From Octopus vulgaris (Eukaryota): a DNA stretch of 64,000 nt. Where the stretch lies: positions 70,556,001-70,620,000 of the forward strand of contig OX597822.1 of assembly GCA_951406725.2 (NCBI GenBank). The letters run 5' to 3'. Below are positions 59,623-64,000 of this stretch, one piece after another. The notes below the pieces were generated by a model. That model did not search any database, was not told the origin of the DNA, and saw nothing but the letters and a program-made list of their open reading frames with translations. The position numbers were made by a program, and so were the translations under genes. The stretch's first letter is position 1, and each line of letters begins with the position of its first letter.

Positions 59623-62600
59623 ATGTCTGTTGGAGATACATGCACAGTGTAGAGGGGAAGGAAGAAAGTTACTCTCCTGAAGTTAAGAGAGAGAAAAATT
59701 GCGGAAGCAGGGGGGGAAAGACACAGAGTTTTATGTTGATTAGAGAACAAAAAAACAAAAAAAAAAAAATGAGAATGAAAGAGGGTGGGTGATAGGGGGA
59801 GGGAGTAATGTAATCAATGGAAAAGATTTCAACAACCCAAACAAACAAGTTACTTGAATTTTATGTTGATATCTTTGTTTCACAAATATTTCTTTTCATT
59901 TGGTTTTGTTTGTGCACTTTTTTTTTTGGTACCAATGAAGATAAGGAAAATAAAACTAAAAAAAAAAATGCATAAACAAATTAGAAAACATAAACACAAG
60001 CACTAATGACTGAGTTATATTTCTGGTGTTATCGGTAGTATCACTAAGACATCTCTTTCTCTCTCTGACACACACTGGCTCTCTCTTGCTCTTCCGTCTA
60101 GTCTCCTCCGTGTGTGTGTGTGTCTTGCCTGTTCTTGTATGTGTATCTATATCTACAAAGCTTTTCAGCCATTAGTGATATCTTGTCCAGCATTCATATT
60201 TATAGTTGCTGGATTAGTGGACATAAATTTGAATGCTGCACTGCACCGGTGCTATAAATTAGTTTTATTTCAAGCAGACAGCGCACCTGACCAAGAAAAA
60301 GAAGAAGAAAAAAAAAAAAAACAAAACCAAAAAGTGTGAAAGAGAGAGAGAGAGAGAGGGAAAAAAAAAGCTAGGAAAGAATGAGGTTTCTGGTGTAACA
60401 CATAAGATCATCGAAGTCGCAAGACTTCAATATTTATAAAGCAGTACGGTTCACTGAATAAACTCTCTCCTATGTAGATGTGGTCGCTTTAAACACAAAC
60501 TGTCATCATCTCCACCACTACCACCCTCATACTCACCTCTTAACCTTACCTTTTCAAAACCACAATATTAATTTGCTAAATTATGAGATGCTATGTGCCA
60601 TCCACCTGCATCCCCAGTCTAATTCCCAGTGCTTTCTGTGTTTCTTTTTTACGTTTACAATTTGATCTGAGTACACCGAAGAACATTAGGACTGGCATAG
60701 AATATTAGAAATATCCCCCAAGTTTAAGTGCAGCCAGTCTGCATTTTAGATAAAAGGTGAAATCACATTTTTACAAGTGAAAATTAACATCACAGCAAGG
60801 GCATTACTCATACATTTGTTCTATTTTATTTGCTACTTTTTCGTTTGCAGAAATAAAACTCAGATATTTCCCTGAATTACTTTTAAATCTCTGGCATCTA
60901 TTGAATAAGTTTATCTTCCAATGAAATATTTTAATTTCATGTCTCTCTCTCTATCTCTTTCTATCTCTCTCCTGTTCTCCATCAAGTCTCTTTAACGAAT
61001 CTTCTTAATTTGTCTCTCATTAAGCAAGCTTCAGAGATGCTAATTAATATTTTGTTTTTACGTCTTAATACATAGCTTCCTGTTATGATAAGAAGAATCG
61101 TTCTAGATTTTCTGAATTGAATTAAAAAAAATCTTATGCTAATATTTCATTGGATAAAATTCATTCTTCAACTTGTTTGCTCTACTCTACTACTATATGG
61201 GGCATAGAATATCACTTTTATCATATGTCTGGTGAATAAGCCGTCTGTTATTGCTGTATCTATTGTCTTGTTCTTATGAAATGCTTTCCAAACAATTTGT
61301 AGCTATCAAAGACATAATTCTTCCTCTGTATTTAGCTTAAGTAGTTCTTCAAGATTCATGATAGCCATAGAGGCAAGTTATATGGCCATTTCCTATGGAA
61401 CTGTGTCACATATACAATGAAAAATCTCGAGATATTGATCTATTTTCATTTATAGATTTTGATTTATTATCGTTTCCATAAATTACTAAAAACGAATTAT
61501 CTTTGTATTGTATACCCTCCTACAACATTAATTTCTGTGATTCCTGGTGAAGTAGAATTTTAGCATTTGCAATTTATACCTTTTCACAAAGTTCTGTAAC
61601 TATTATAGAAGTTTTCTTCCACTAAAAAACCCAGCCCTAAATGGATTGCCGTGGAACACAATACAATAGGTTATATACATGCTATTTGCAGAAGGCTGGA
61701 CTGTTTTATGTTCATCTATATGCAAGTTGATTTCTTGGGTATATAATACATAGTCGAATCTCCATGTAATGTCTAATTCTTGATACTCTAATGCATTGAT
61801 ATATAAATATACAATAAAAAGGTCATTCACTGACCTACTAGAATTGAGATTTATTGATCTTAGTTTAAGTAAAGTCTGCTCACAATAATAAAAATCATTC
61901 ATTTTTCATTGAATAAAAATTTTCCAAGTATTCAATTGGAGAAGCGCAATCCTCAGTGCTGAAATCTTAGAAGGTAATTGCATTTATTTCTGTGTCCAAA
62001 GTAAAGCTACTCTTCAAACAATTAATACCATTTATTTTTATAATTTTTACCTGGTAATGATAGGAATAATACTGTGAAGACAGAACCCAGCCAAGTGCTG
62101 CATTAACTTTCATGTAGCAGCTTTTGAACTAATCATTTTTTCTATGAAAAGCAAAGATGGAATTCCGCTAGAATATTTGGTTTACTAACTATATTTATTT
62201 TATTCTCCATGTATCATGTGGCAGAGTCATCTGCCATTTAGTGTAGATTCATGTATCATGCAGTACTGTAACATAAGTGTTGCTGCCTTATCCTTACAAA
62301 TAAATACCAACCAGTTACCGATATTTTCATGTATCTGTACACTTTTGCATATCCACTGTAACATGCACATGTTTCAGTAGATACAAAGAGCATGATAGAA
62401 CTGCTTTTATTCTGAATGGCTGCTAAACAGGATTCACACACTTTCTACCCGTCAAACATATTTAGATCTTCTAAATACCATCCTTCACACCGTAAGAAAG
62501 AAATTAACTAGTTGTGTAATTGTAATTGTACTGAGGTGGTAATAATGTGTATGGTTCAACAGTCTTGGAGTATGGTAGAGTTAGAATAATGCCAGCCATG

Positions 62601-64000
62601 TACGGTATAAAAGGTACAAGTAAAATCTTTCTCTCTTTCTACGTGCACATCTCTTTAATAGAGTTTGTGAATAATCACCAATGGGCTGGAAGTTCAGTTT
62701 TCACACGAAGAGACTTCTATTTTTCCTGCTTATTCACACAATATATATGTAAAGGTGCTCATCTGAGTGTAAAATAACATTCATGTGAGAATAAAGCCAG
62801 CATAGTCTACAGCAGCTTTTCATTTCACCAACTATTTAACATCTCTTTGATACTTGATCATTGTAATTTAGTGACATTACTTCGGTGGCATTGATTTTAA
62901 AAAACAAAAACAAAAAGAAAAAAAAATTTAAATCAATTAATACTAATAAATATATCTGAAAAATAATTATATTATGATTTAATCACCGGATACATTCTAT
63001 TTCTTTTGGATGTCGTTGTTATTGATACTGTTGTTATCTTTATTGTTTTTGTTTTACACTAATTATGCATGGTTTTCTCGATGCTAATTCTGGTTCCCCT
63101 CTATTCACATGCTATCATCATCTTTGGCAACAGAACTTCCGTGTTGTGCACCATGTTAAGTTATTGATCCATGTTTAATGCTAGATGAGTGTTCCCCTAA
63201 AGCTTTACAATTGAATGTCAGAGTTTGTCGACTGAATACAATGTTTTCATAGTGTTTATTCAAACTAATGACAAAGCCAAAAAGGAAACAAACTCCCACG
63301 AGAAAAAAAAAATGAAACAAAAGCCAAACAAAGGCAAATTAAAGCAAAAAAAAAAATTTACAAAAATATAAATCAGTTCTTATGCCTTCAGGTAAAGAAA
63401 CTTAAGGATTTTAAGTTTGAATCTCCCAAAGGTCATCTACCACCCCCGTCCAATTCAGTGTTAATAAAATCAATGTACATATTTTTACTTGATATTTCCC
63501 ACTTTTTACCCTCTTTACTGTTGTGTATTGAACTGTTTTGAAGTTTATTGTACTTTTCAAGGTGTTAAGCAGTTGAAAAATATCTTTCCTGTTGCATAAA
63601 AATATAAAAATACCACAACAAAAGACAAAAATTTCCCCCAGAAAACAAATGCTTCTGAGAATCTGAGTTCATTTGCTGCAGACAAATGAAATGAGCCTTG
63701 CTAATACAACCTGTCTGCCATTTTCAGTTGTAAACTGTACATTTGTATTCACCTATTTTCAGTTAGATTAAGTTGCTCACTGAGAGTTAAGTATCTTGGC
63801 TAAGGAAATAATGTAATATCAGTGACAATAGAAACCATCAACTATTCAGCTGTGTTTTCTTTTAGTTTTTATCAGACCATTTCATGTGTAACAAATAAGT
63901 TCGCAGTGGTGAAGCATGACCTTCGAATATTAGGCCTTACCAAGGCAATGACTAGTGACCAAGACCTTTGGAAATATGCTGTGCTTGAGAAACATGGCAA

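Overview
AT-rich, microsatellite-dense eukaryotic DNA that is almost entirely non-coding, probably a long intron or 5' region of a large gene. The repeat families look like the tRNA-derived SINEs of octopus; the taxon is inferred from repeat consensus recalled by eye, not from a search. No complete protein-coding gene is supported, and nearly all ORFs in the track are translations of (TA)n/(CA)n/(CT)n tracts or SINEs. Supported content: about 40 copies or fragments of 5-6 SINE-like families (here called A-E), three decayed LINE reverse-transcriptase C-terminal fragments (CR1/L2-like and RTE-like), TTAA-flanked piggyBac-type MITEs, a hAT-type MITE with an 8-bp TSD, a pogo/Tigger-type MITE fragment and a Helentron/DINE-1-like element. 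A ~12 kb stretch free of these SINEs (16.8-28.8 kb) holds one good candidate first coding exon (22786-22863) and a weaker one. The most interesting unexplained structures are a minimal hammerhead-ribozyme-like motif (8888-8933), a 322-bp spacer-less palindrome (1522-1843), several microsatellite-centred fold-backs, and a concentric inverted SINE cassette (1945-3268) that could form long dsRNA. I cannot show a new biological system from sequence alone. All coordinates were read by eye and repeat boundaries are approximate (about +/-10 bp).
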